Assembly: GCA_030648835.1 (NCBI GenBank)
Contig: JAUSGT010000001.1
Coordinates: forward strand, 69,010 to 133,009
DNA length: 64,000 nucleotides
Direction: 5' to 3'
Source of the DNA: Candidatus Moraniibacteriota bacterium
GTDB lineage: Bacteria > Patescibacteriota > Minisyncoccia > Moranbacterales > UBA1568
The position numbers and the translations under genes were made by a program. The notes beneath the pieces are model-generated. The model worked only from the letters and a program-made list of their open reading frames with translations, did no database searches and was not told where the DNA came from. Below are positions 47,670-56,635 of the stretch, in pieces. Each line of letters starts with the position of its first letter. Positions within the stretch are counted from its first letter, which is position 1.

Positions 47670-47924
47670 ATGGATGAGCACGTTGAGAAGGAAGGACTCA
47701 AACATCTTGAGAACATAGAGCAGGACCTCGACGAGATAAAAGAACGCACGCCGACGCCGCGGCGTGCTTTTACCTATGGTCTGTGGCAAGGGGCAGGGGC
47801 ACTCATCGGAGGCATTCTGGCGCTGACTCTCTTGGGCTGGGCATTATCGTTCTTCGGGATCATTCCCGGCTTTGCCGATGTTGCCAAGTACTTCCAAGAT
47901 ATTGTGAGCAACTTTCGCCGCTAG
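47670..47924 (+). CDS. Small membrane protein
   Basis: GLWQGAGALIGG TM segment. Confidence 0.7.
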   Translation: MDEHVEKEGLKHLENIEQDLDEIKERTPTPRRAFTYGLWQGAGALIGGILALTLLGWALSFFGIIPGFADVAKYFQDIVSNFRR

Positions 47925-47952
47925 CCAATCCAACAAAAACTCAAGAAAAAAA

Positions 47953-48213
47953 ATGAGCTATTATCTCTATATTCTCAAATGTGCGGATGGGACGTTGTAT
48001 ACGGGAATCACCGTTGATTTGAAGAGAAGAATTATCGAACACAATAGTTCGGCGCTCGGAGCGAAGTACACGCGGGGTCGTCGGCCGGTCACACTTATTT
48101 TTTCCAAAAAATTTCGCACGCGTTCCACTGCATCCGTTGCCGAATCCCGTATCAAGAAACTTTCTCGCGAAGAAAAACTCGATGTAGTAAAAAAATATGC
48201 AGATCGAATATGA
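47953..48213 (+). CDS. GIY-YIG nuclease (YhbQ/UPF0213-like)
   Basis: YLYILKCADGTLYTGIT...RRIIEHN...GAKYTRGRRP. Confidence 0.9.
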   Translation: MSYYLYILKCADGTLYTGITVDLKRRIIEHNSSALGAKYTRGRRPVTLIFSKKFRTRSTASVAESRIKKLSREEKLDVVKKYADRI

Positions 48214-48775
48214 GGCGACGTTTCCAGATGTAGAGAAGGAAGTCGTGCGCGAAAAATTGAAACAAGCCGGAGCGGTTTTGGTGCGGCCGGAATTCTTGCA
48301 GAAGCGGGTGGTATTCGATATGCCTCTCGGGCATGAGCTTGCCGGCGGCTGGGTGCGGGTACGCGATGAGGGAGACAGAGTGACTATGAGCATCAAGATC
48401 GTGAGCGGCGATAAGATAGACGATCAGAAAGAAATGTGTCTCACAGTGGATAGTTTCGAACAAGGGGAAGCATTTCTCACGACGCTCGGATGCCGGAAAA
48501 AATCGTACCAGGAAACCAAGCGTGAACTGTGGACGCTCGATGGTACGGAGATCACCATTGATGAGTGGCCGTTTCTCAATCCATTTGTCGAAGTGGAAGG
48601 TAAGTCCGAAGCAATGGTGAAACGAGTGGCGGAGCGCATCGGTTTCGATTATCGGCAAGCGCTTTTCGGAGCGGTGGATGTACTCTATATAAGGCAGTAT
48701 CCGCATCTGACTTTCAAGCGTATCAACAAAACGCCGCGCATCGTTTTCGCTGGTGAAAATTCTTTTCTCAATTAG
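48197..48775 (+). CDS. CYTH domain protein
   Basis: EYEAT N-terminus, WVRVRDEG, FVEVE. Confidence 0.85.
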   Translation: MQIEYEATFPDVEKEVVREKLKQAGAVLVRPEFLQKRVVFDMPLGHELAGGWVRVRDEGDRVTMSIKIVSGDKIDDQKEMCLTVDSFEQGEAFLTTLGCRKKSYQETKRELWTLDGTEITIDEWPFLNPFVEVEGKSEAMVKRVAERIGFDYRQALFGAVDVLYIRQYPHLTFKRINKTPRIVFAGENSFLN

Positions 48776-48961
48776 AGAATTTTTGTTTTACATGTCAACG
48801 GCTCAAGGGAGCTGTTTTTTGGTGCACAAAGAGTGCATAACTTTTTGGCTTGTTCCACTCACATTGGCAGAAAATATTGCTATTTACGCTTCATATAAGC
48901 CTTCAAACGCCTGTTTATCAGGCGTTTTCTTTGCGTGTGATTTTGGGCATTTTCGGCGAGG

Positions 48962-49026
48962 TTGACGCTTTCCCAGAGAGTGGCGTAGAATGGGGACATA
49001 TTGAACTAAAGTGGGTTGAAGTGGGG
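48962..49026 (+). promoter_or_regulatory. mraZ promoter with GTGGG-type MraZ boxes
   Basis: TTGACG...TAGAAT; GTGGC/TGGGG/GTGGG/GTGGG at ~10-bp phasing. Confidence 0.65.
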
Positions 49027-49135
49027 AAAGCCATAAAAACTTACGGCACACAACTTGTGACTCACAACGCAGTCATGTTGTGCATTTCAAGAATATAAGG
49101 ATTTGTTTCCGATTGTTGGTCGTCAGTAAAAAATT

Positions 49136-49570
49136 ATGTTCATCGGAGAATACTCACACACGATCGATCCCAAAAAGCGCCTGGCGCTTCCTTCAAAGTT
49201 CCGAGGCGAATTGGGAAACAAAGTGGTGGTGACGCGCGGACTGGATTCCTGTCTCTTCGTCTATCCGATGAAAGTGTGGGAAGAACTGGCGGCGAAGATC
49301 GGTACTCTGCCGGTGGGTGGAGCGGGGACACGCAGTTTCACTCGGCTGATGCTCGCCGGCGCCACGGATGTGGAACTGGATAGTCAGGGGCGGGTACTCC
49401 TTCCGGAATATCTGAAGCAAGACGGCGGACTGAAAAAAGATGTTACCATCGTGGGGCTCTACAACCGTTTGGAAATCTGGGATACGAACAAATGGAATAA
49501 GTATAAATCGCAAGCGGAAAAGAATACCGGAAAGATTGCCGAAGAGTTGGGCAAGTTGGGAGTGTACTGA
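49136..49570 (+). CDS. mraZ: Transcriptional regulator MraZ
   Basis: MFIGEYSHTIDPKKRLALP, DSQGRVLLP, RLEIW. Confidence 0.95.
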   Translation: MFIGEYSHTIDPKKRLALPSKFRGELGNKVVVTRGLDSCLFVYPMKVWEELAAKIGTLPVGGAGTRSFTRLMLAGATDVELDSQGRVLLPEYLKQDGGLKKDVTIVGLYNRLEIWDTNKWNKYKSQAEKNTGKIAEELGKLGVY

Positions 49571-49574
49571 CATT

Positions 49575-49686
49575 TAATACCTAATATCTAATACCTAATA
49601 AAAATCAAACATCAAAATTCAAAATGAGAAGGGCGATTCAAAAATCAAACATCAAAGTTTAGCAAGAATAAATTTTTAAGTTTGAG
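49575..49686. repeat. AT-rich heptamer tract
   Basis: TAATACC TAATATC TAATACC; AAAATCAAACATCAAA twice. Confidence 0.55.
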
Positions 49687-49701
49687 GGTTGGATGAAGAG
49701 T

Positions 49702-50691
49702 ATGAAGGAAACGTTGCATGTGCCAGTTCTTTTGCAAGCAGCAGTTGCCGGGCTCGAGGTACTGCCGGGGTCTGTTGTCGTTGACGCGACGCTCGGCGGC
49801 GGGGGACATACGCGCGAAATCCTCAGGCGTGTGTCTCCCGGAGGCTCGGTCATCGCATTGGATACTGATGCCGATGCTCTCGATCATTTTCGCAAAGCGG
49901 CTCGGTCCGATGAGTTTCTTGCCAAGGCGCTCGCGAAGCGCTCGCTCATACTCGTGCACAAGAATTATTCTTTATTGGGAGGGGTGCTCGAGGATGAGGG
50001 AATCGAGACGGTAGATGCCATTTTGGCCGATCTGGGATTTTCTTCGGATCAAATCGAGGATGGCGAACGGGGGTTCAGTTTTCAGAAGAGTGGCCCACTC
50101 GATATGCGGCTCGACCAGGAAACAGAGCTCACGGCAGGGACGATAGTGAACACGTTTTCACAAGGAGAGATTGAAAAGATTCTCCGTGAGTACGGAGATG
50201 AGAGTGAGAGCCGGCGTATCGCGAGAGCCATCGTCGTAGCGCGGGAAAAGAAACCCTTCGTGATGACTAGCGAGCTTTCGGAGATAATCGAGAGCGCGTA
50301 TCCGAAAGGCAAACGTTATCGATCCGTTCGACCAGGCTCACGGCAAGGAAGCATTCACCCGGCGACCAAGACTTTTCAGGCGCTCCGCATCGCGGTCAAT
50401 CGGGAATTCGAGCATTTGGAGCAGTTCCTTTCGGAAGCGGTGAAACATTTGCGCCCAGGCGGACGGTTGGCGGTTATCACGTTTCATTCCGGCGAAGATC
50501 GCATTGTGCAGCAATTTTTCAAGAAACAGATTCAAGGTTGCATTTGTCCTCCGGGGTTTCCCCTCTGTCGTTGCGGAAAGAAATCCATTCTCAAGATACT
50601 GACGAAGAAGCCAATTGCACCGGATGATCAGGAAGTGAAAGACAATCCGCGCTCGCGCAGTGCCAAGCTCCGCATCGCGGAAAAACTCTGA
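49702..50691 (+). CDS. rsmH: 16S rRNA m4C1402 methyltransferase
   Basis: HVPVLL, DATLGGGGH, DLGFSS, PLDMR, FQALRIAVN, NPRSRSAKLR. Confidence 0.95.
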   Translation: MKETLHVPVLLQAAVAGLEVLPGSVVVDATLGGGGHTREILRRVSPGGSVIALDTDADALDHFRKAARSDEFLAKALAKRSLILVHKNYSLLGGVLEDEGIETVDAILADLGFSSDQIEDGERGFSFQKSGPLDMRLDQETELTAGTIVNTFSQGEIEKILREYGDESESRRIARAIVVAREKKPFVMTSELSEIIESAYPKGKRYRSVRPGSRQGSIHPATKTFQALRIAVNREFEHLEQFLSEAVKHLRPGGRLAVITFHSGEDRIVQQFFKKQIQGCICPPGFPLCRCGKKSILKILTKKPIAPDDQEVKDNPRSRSAKLRIAEKL

Positions 50692-50777
50692 GGAGCGATC
50701 GGAAAAGAGCAATTTCTCTCAAAAAACCCTCCTTCGCTAAAGCTATGGACGGGCAGGCAAAAATAAATATACAATTT

Positions 50778-51185
50778 ATGCGCGCGTACTCTCGTCAAAC
50801 GAGTGACGTCTCATTCACGAGACAGAAAAAAGGGCTTCCCTCGGAACTCGCGGGTTCGGTGCATATGCCGCTCTTGGGAGTACTTATGGCAGTCTTTGTC
50901 ATCGGCGGGTGTTACCTGTATTACGTCAATCGGAGCGCGGTGCAAGGCTACCATTTGCGGACTTTGGAAAAAGAGATAAGCACGTTGAAACAAGAGAACG
51001 CGGAATTGAAGATTTCGGAAGCCGATCTCAGGTCACTCTATCGGATCGAAGCCTCGGGAGAGGAACTTCACATGCAGAAATTCGATACGGTGACATATCT
51101 TGAAGAGCGCACTCCGGCCTCACTGGCTACCTCGGATCGACCGAGTCAAGATCAGAGTCTGGGCGGGCCGGTGGCTCTGAAGTAG
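50778..51185 (+). CDS. FtsL-like cell division protein
   Basis: TM plus coiled coil between rsmH and PBP gene. Confidence 0.7.
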   Translation: MRAYSRQTSDVSFTRQKKGLPSELAGSVHMPLLGVLMAVFVIGGCYLYYVNRSAVQGYHLRTLEKEISTLKQENAELKISEADLRSLYRIEASGEELHMQKFDTVTYLEERTPASLATSDRPSQDQSLGGPVALK

Positions 51186-51189
51186 ATGA

Positions 51190-51296
51190 AGAGTCTGTTC
51201 AAAATCTCCATATTCTGCCGCGAATCATAAATTTCGGTTATCGGTTTCGGTAGCGAGACGGGTAAGCTCCGGATAGGGATTTTTTAAAGAGACTCT
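51190..51296. mobile_element. Possible MITE with imperfect terminal inverted repeats
   Basis: AGAGTCTGTTCAAAATCTC ... GGGATTTTTTAAAGAGACTCT. Confidence 0.4.
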
Positions 51297-51304
51297 GAAG
51301 GAAT

Positions 51305-53080
51305 ATGCGCATTTCCGGAAATCTACGATCAAAAACAGGGAAAAAAGAGAACGGCGTCCGGAGCGGGCAAGGGCGGATGTGGATACTCCAGGCCGCTATT
51401 TTTTTTGTTGGTTTGGTTTTGATTTTTCGTTTGTATTTTATCCAGGTTGTAAGTCACGACAAGTGGGTGGCGATGGCAGAGGGGCAGTACAATGCTTTTC
51501 AAGAGTTGGCGGCTGATCGGGGGGAGATCTATATGCACGACGGAGAGGAGCGGTATCCTCTGGCGGTGAATCGCGAATATCAGATGGTGTATGTCTCGCC
51601 CAAAGATGTCGTGGAAAAAGATCGGGCAGCAGTGGAACTCTCCCGTATTCTGGGGGTAGATGCCTTGATGATTCGGGACAAGTTGGCCCTCGTGGATGAT
51701 CCTTTTGAAATCATCAAGAAGCGTTTGAGTGATGATGAAGTGGCACAGGTCAAAGAGCTCCGTCTGAAAGGTGTGGCGCTCATTCCGGAAAAATATCGGT
51801 ACTATCCGGCTGGAGAACTGGCTTCGCAGGTTATCGGTTTCGCGAGTCTGGGAGAACGGGGCGGCGCAGGCGGGTATGGGATAGAATCGTCCCAGGATGA
51901 TCGCTTGCGCGGCGCCGGAGGAACGGTATCGCAGGAAAAAGATGCCGCTGGGCGGTGGATCCCGCTTTCCGATCGCAACATCATTTTCCCCAGGAATGGC
52001 GACAGCTTGGTCCTGACGATCGATCGGGTCATTCAGTATGAGACGGAGAAGATATTGAAAGATTCCATGGAGAAATACGAGGCGGATAGCGCGTCGGCGA
52101 TTGTTATGGATCCCGCTAGCGGAGACATTCTTTCCATGGCGTCGGTTCCGCAGTTCGATCCCAACAACTATTCTCAGGTAGAAGATTATTCGGTGTTTAT
52201 GAATCAGACTGTCAGTATGACGTACGAGCCGGGGTCGGTGATGAAACCACTGGTGATGGCGATGGGTATCGAAGAAGGGAAAGTGACGCCGCAGTCGGAA
52301 TTTGTCGATACCGGTTCGGTGAGCGAAGCCGGCTATACCATCCACAATTCGGATAACAAAGTGTATGGCCGGAGCACCATGACCGAAGTTTTGAATCAGT
52401 CGATCAATACGGGGGTGATTTATGTGGAAAAGCTTTTGGGCAACAAGACGTTCGGCGAGTATTTCACGCGTTTCGGTTTTGGTGAACGGACGGGGATCGC
52501 TCTGCCGGCAGAACTGGCGGGGAATATAAAGAATCTCGACAATACGCGATCAACAATCAGTTTTTTTACCGCCGCGTTCGGTCAGGGTGTGACAACCACC
52601 CCGCTTCAGATGACCGCTGCCTATGCCGCGCTAGCCAACGGAGGCACGCTTTTCAAACCGCATATCATCGATACGGTCATTCACTCGGATGGGAGTGAGG
52701 AAAAAATCCAGCCGGAAATAGTTCGCCAAGTCGTGAGTGAGGAAACGAGCAAGACCATGGGGACTATGCTTCGGGACGTGGTGGTGAACGGTCACGGGAA
52801 ACGAGCCAATGTTCCGGGCTATCTGGTCGGTGGCAAGACCGGTACGGCGCAGGTGGCCAAAAACGATGCCAAGGGATATGAGGAGGGTATGAGTATCGGA
52901 TCGTTTATTGGGTACGCGCCAATCGATGATCCGCGTTTCGTCATATTGGTGAAGTTGGATAATCCGAAAAATGTGGAATGGGCCGAATCGAGCGCCGCTC
53001 CGACGTTTGGCGAGATTATGAAGTTTCTCTTGAGCTATGCCAAGATCAAGCCGACAGAAGTCACTGCCCCTATAAAGTAA
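51305..53080 (+). CDS. ftsI: Class B penicillin-binding protein (FtsI/PBP2 family)
   Basis: RGEI, RYYP, EPGSVMK, SIN, KTGTAQ. Confidence 0.9.
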   Translation: MRISGNLRSKTGKKENGVRSGQGRMWILQAAIFFVGLVLIFRLYFIQVVSHDKWVAMAEGQYNAFQELAADRGEIYMHDGEERYPLAVNREYQMVYVSPKDVVEKDRAAVELSRILGVDALMIRDKLALVDDPFEIIKKRLSDDEVAQVKELRLKGVALIPEKYRYYPAGELASQVIGFASLGERGGAGGYGIESSQDDRLRGAGGTVSQEKDAAGRWIPLSDRNIIFPRNGDSLVLTIDRVIQYETEKILKDSMEKYEADSASAIVMDPASGDILSMASVPQFDPNNYSQVEDYSVFMNQTVSMTYEPGSVMKPLVMAMGIEEGKVTPQSEFVDTGSVSEAGYTIHNSDNKVYGRSTMTEVLNQSINTGVIYVEKLLGNKTFGEYFTRFGFGERTGIALPAELAGNIKNLDNTRSTISFFTAAFGQGVTTTPLQMTAAYAALANGGTLFKPHIIDTVIHSDGSEEKIQPEIVRQVVSEETSKTMGTMLRDVVVNGHGKRANVPGYLVGGKTGTAQVAKNDAKGYEEGMSIGSFIGYAPIDDPRFVILVKLDNPKNVEWAESSAAPTFGEIMKFLLSYAKIKPTEVTAPIK

Positions 53081-53095
53081 CTCCGGGTATGAAAT

Positions 53096-54409
53096 ATGAG
53101 TAAGAAAAAACTGCTTGAAAAAATGTTGCGTTTTATGGCGCGGATGGTCCTTCGAAAGTATCACCCGCTCATTATCGGTGTGACGGGTTCGGTAGGCAAG
53201 AGTCTGACCAAAGAGGCGGTGGCGCTCGTTGTTTCGCGGGCGTATGTCACGCGCAAAACGGAAGGCAATGACAACAATGAAATCGGCGTGCCTCTCACGA
53301 TTATCGGCGTCTCAAGCGTTGACGGATCATTGTTTCGTTTGGCTTTGATATTTTTTAGGTGGCTTTGGATGATGATGTATCCTACACGTTATCCGGAAGT
53401 CTTGGTGCTCGAAATGGGTATTGATCGTCCGGGAGATATGGACTATCTTCTGGAGTTCGTACCGGTAAAAATCGGCGTAGTGACCGGTGTGTCGGCCAGT
53501 CATTTGGCATTTTTCGGGACAATTGCAAACATCGCCAAGGAAAAAGGAAAGCTCGTAGCGTCTTTGCCGGAAGACGGTTATGCCATCCTCTCTGCCGATG
53601 ACAAACGAGTGGAAAAAATGCGAGAGAAAGCATCGGCCAAAACGATCACCTACGGTTTCGATACGGAGGCGATGATTCGCGTGGACCATCTGCTTTTTCA
53701 TCGTGATGCGAAACGTGTGGAAGGTTTCAGTTTCAAACTCAATTATAACGGGAAGACAATCCCGGTGCGTTTGCCAAAACTCGTGGCGCGTCATCACATC
53801 GCGGCGGCCTTGGCGGGAGCGGGAGTGGCGGTGGCGCTCAAGATGAATCTGGTGGAAATCGCGGAGGCGCTTGAGAATTTCGAGCCGCTTTCGGGACGTC
53901 TACGTTTACTTCCGGGGAAAGAGGGGATTATCCTTCTCGATGACACCTATAACGCATCGCCGGTGTCGGTTGTCGCCGCCCTGGATGTGGTGAAAGATCT
54001 GGTGGCGCCCCGCAAAGTATTGATTGTCGGCGATATGTTGGAATTGGGAGCCAATACGAAGCAGGAACATATGGCGCTCGCGACGGCGGTTCTGGAAGCG
54101 GGCGCGCATATTGTGGTGACTGTCGGAGAACATATGCGTTCACTTTTTGATGAGCTCTCCACCCTCGGTTTCTCGCACAAGCAGATGTTCTGGTTTCCCG
54201 ATCCGCTCTCGGTTCTTCAGAATCTGGAAAATATCGTCCGAGCAGAAGACCTCATTCTCATCAAAGGGTCGCAAAGCATGCGGATGGAAAAAATTACTGA
54301 AGCGCTGTTGGTCGATCCGCGGGAAGCAAAGACACTCCTCTGTCGGCAGTCGCGTGTATGGCAGGACAGACCGTTTGTGCCGCCGGCAGAGTGGACGAGC
54401 GAGGTATAG
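53096..54409 (+). CDS. murF: UDP-MurNAc-tripeptide D-Ala-D-Ala ligase
   Basis: GVTGSVGK, NNEIGVP, LEMG, DDTYNASP, GDMLELG, KGS. Confidence 0.92.
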   Translation: MSKKKLLEKMLRFMARMVLRKYHPLIIGVTGSVGKSLTKEAVALVVSRAYVTRKTEGNDNNEIGVPLTIIGVSSVDGSLFRLALIFFRWLWMMMYPTRYPEVLVLEMGIDRPGDMDYLLEFVPVKIGVVTGVSASHLAFFGTIANIAKEKGKLVASLPEDGYAILSADDKRVEKMREKASAKTITYGFDTEAMIRVDHLLFHRDAKRVEGFSFKLNYNGKTIPVRLPKLVARHHIAAALAGAGVAVALKMNLVEIAEALENFEPLSGRLRLLPGKEGIILLDDTYNASPVSVVAALDVVKDLVAPRKVLIVGDMLELGANTKQEHMALATAVLEAGAHIVVTVGEHMRSLFDELSTLGFSHKQMFWFPDPLSVLQNLENIVRAEDLILIKGSQSMRMEKITEALLVDPREAKTLLCRQSRVWQDRPFVPPAEWTSEV

Positions 54410-54519
54410 TACTGTTGACAGGCGCTTCTTGCGCGCCTCGAGAAAAAACGTTATTATATTTGTGAGGGAGCAGGTCAATCTCCTTTACAGTAAATGCTTA
54501 ATCCGTACAATCAAGTCTT

Positions 54520-54897
54520 ATGACAGACAATGTGAAGGACAAGGATTTTATCGAGTATGCGGTCAAGATGCTCGTGGATAATCCGGACGATGTGAAGGTG
54601 GAAAGGAAGATAGATGAGATGGGGGTGCTCATAACGCTCGATGTGAATCCCAAGGATATGGGAATGGTCATCGGTCGCGAGGGGATGACTGCCAAGGCGC
54701 TCCGCACGCTCCTGCGTGTCATCGGAGCTCGCAACAACGCGCGTGTCAATTTGAAAATCAATGAGCCGGAAGGTTCCGAGCGTCCGCCCCGCGAACCGCG
54801 TGAATTTCGCGGCGCAGTGCGCGAAGAGCGAGTAGCTCCAGCCGCGCCGGAAGAGAAGAAGACCCTCGATGATGTGATGAACGACATCCAGATCTAG
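54520..54897 (+). CDS. khpA: KH domain RNA-binding protein
   Basis: LVDNPDDV, DMGMVIGREGMTAKALR. Confidence 0.9.
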   Translation: MTDNVKDKDFIEYAVKMLVDNPDDVKVERKIDEMGVLITLDVNPKDMGMVIGREGMTAKALRTLLRVIGARNNARVNLKINEPEGSERPPREPREFRGAVREERVAPAAPEEKKTLDDVMNDIQI

Positions 54898-54912
54898 CTA
54901 TTTTTGTGAAAT

Positions 54913-54941
54913 AAAAAAGCCGCTCCAGAAAGAGCGGCTTT
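54913..54941 (+). terminator. Intrinsic terminator
   Basis: AAAAGCCGCTC...GAGCGGCTTTT. Confidence 0.75.
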
Positions 54942-54967
54942 TGCTTTTCTTGAGAGGGTATCTTACA

Positions 54968-55537
54968 ATGGAGAGTATGCATACAGAAAAAACGGCATTA
55001 GAGGGGGTAGTGATCATCGAACCGGATGTCTTCGCGGATGAACGGGGGTATTTTTTTGAGATGGCAGAGGAAAAAAGATATCAAGAGATCTTGGGAGTGG
55101 GGGTCACATTCGTTCAGGACAATCTTTCCGTATCCAATAAAAATGTTTTGCGGGGACTGCATTACCAGGTGCCACCGTTCGCTCAGGGAAAACTGGTGCA
55201 GGTCTTGCGAGGCAAAGTACTCGATGTGGTTCTGGATGTGCGTTTTGGTTCACCGACCTTTGGCAAACATATCACGATGGAACTTTCCGATGAAAATCAC
55301 CGCCAGTTATTTATTCCCGTTGGTTTCGCTCACGGATTCTTGGCGCAAACCGATAGTGTCATTTTTTCTTACAAGTGTACGAATTTTTATTCCAAAGAGC
55401 ATGAGCGCGGCATTCTGTGGAATGACCCGGCTCTCGGTATAGAATGGGGTATTGATAATCCTCTGGTCTCTGATAAGGATAAGGTTTTGCCGTTGTTAAA
55501 AGATATTGCGAAGGAATTTGTTTTTAAGACCAATTAA
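54968..55537 (+). CDS. rfbC: dTDP-4-dehydrorhamnose 3,5-epimerase
   Basis: DERGYF, VQDN, LRGLHYQ, GFAHGF. Confidence 0.95.
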   Translation: MESMHTEKTALEGVVIIEPDVFADERGYFFEMAEEKRYQEILGVGVTFVQDNLSVSNKNVLRGLHYQVPPFAQGKLVQVLRGKVLDVVLDVRFGSPTFGKHITMELSDENHRQLFIPVGFAHGFLAQTDSVIFSYKCTNFYSKEHERGILWNDPALGIEWGIDNPLVSDKDKVLPLLKDIAKEFVFKTN

Positions 55538-55542
55538 TTTTC

Positions 55543-55619
55543 TTGTCATCCTCGGGCTTGACCCGGGGATCCAGAATATGTTTGTGTAACCTGGATTCCC
55601 GCTTGCGCGGGAATGACAA
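55543..55619. repeat. GTCAT...ATGAC REP/RPE-like element
   Basis: TTGTCATCCTCGGGCTTGACCCGGGGATCCAG...CTGGATTCCCGCTTGCGCGGGAATGACAA. Confidence 0.8.
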
Positions 55620-55633
55620 AAGAAAAATCTTTT

Positions 55634-56635
55634 ATGAAATTACTTATCACCGGTGGAGCCGGCTTTATTGGTTCCAATTTCATTCATTACATTTTGAAAA
55701 AGTATCCCGATTATCAAGTGGTCAATCTGGATGCTTTGACATACGCCGGAAATTTGGAGAATCTCAAAGTTTGGGAAGGTGACGAGCGTTACCGCTTTGT
55801 CAAAGGCGACATCACTGATATGACAGCGGTCGGACCGCTGATGGAAGAGTGCGACGTTGTCGTCCACTTTGCGGCGGAGTCGCACGTAGATCGCTCCATT
55901 ATGGATCCGGGTGTTTTTATCGAGACGAATGTCCGCGGAACCCTCGTCCTCTTGGAAGCCGCCAGGAAATACGACAAGCGTTTCCATCATATTTCGACCG
56001 ATGAGGTCTTCGGCGCCTTGGAACCTGGCGACAAGCCGTTCAATGAAGAGACGCCGTATGACCCACGCAGTCCCTACAGCGCTTCCAAGGCCAGTGCCGA
56101 TCATTTGGTACGCGCCTATTTTCATACCTATGGCTTGCCTATCACTATTTCCAACTGTTCCAATAATTATGGACCGTATCATTTTCCGGAAAAATTGATC
56201 CCGCTGGCTGTTACCAATTTGCTCGAAGGAAAAAAAGTTCCGGTGTACGGTGATGGCCTGCAAGTGCGCGATTGGCTCTTCGTGGAAGATCATTGTAAAG
56301 CCATAGATGTGATTCTTCATCAAGGAAAAATTGGCGAGACCTACTGTATTGGCGGAGGAAGTGAGCGGGAAAACATTTGGATCGTAAAAAAACTGATTGA
56401 GATGCTCAGCAAAGACGAGAGCTCCATAGAATACGTAGAAGATAGGCCGGGACACGACCGGCGCTACGCGATGAATTATTCCAAAATCGAGCGCGAGCTC
56501 GGTTGGCGACCGGAAACAAATTTGGAAGTTGGACTTCCAAAAACTGTGGAGTGGTTTCGAGAGAATGAATCTTGGTGGAAAGGCGTTAAATCGGGTGATT
56601 ATCAAAAATACTACGAAAAACAGTATGGCAAGTAA
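55634..56635 (+). CDS. rfbB: dTDP-glucose 4,6-dehydratase
   Basis: TGGAGFIG, AAESHVDRS, STDEV, YSASK, DRPGHDRRY. Confidence 0.96.
   Translation: MKLLITGGAGFIGSNFIHYILKKYPDYQVVNLDALTYAGNLENLKVWEGDERYRFVKGDITDMTAVGPLMEECDVVVHFAAESHVDRSIMDPGVFIETNVRGTLVLLEAARKYDKRFHHISTDEVFGALEPGDKPFNEETPYDPRSPYSASKASADHLVRAYFHTYGLPITISNCSNNYGPYHFPEKLIPLAVTNLLEGKKVPVYGDGLQVRDWLFVEDHCKAIDVILHQGKIGETYCIGGGSERENIWIVKKLIEMLSKDESSIEYVEDRPGHDRRYAMNYSKIERELGWRPETNLEVGLPKTVEWFRENESWWKGVKSGDYQKYYEKQYGK

Noticed and set aside
47953-48213. GIY-YIG gene as the island's mobility enzyme
   Set aside because: Ordinary stand-alone YhbQ-like gene overlapping the CYTH gene in host-like sequence; no evidence linking it to the repeats
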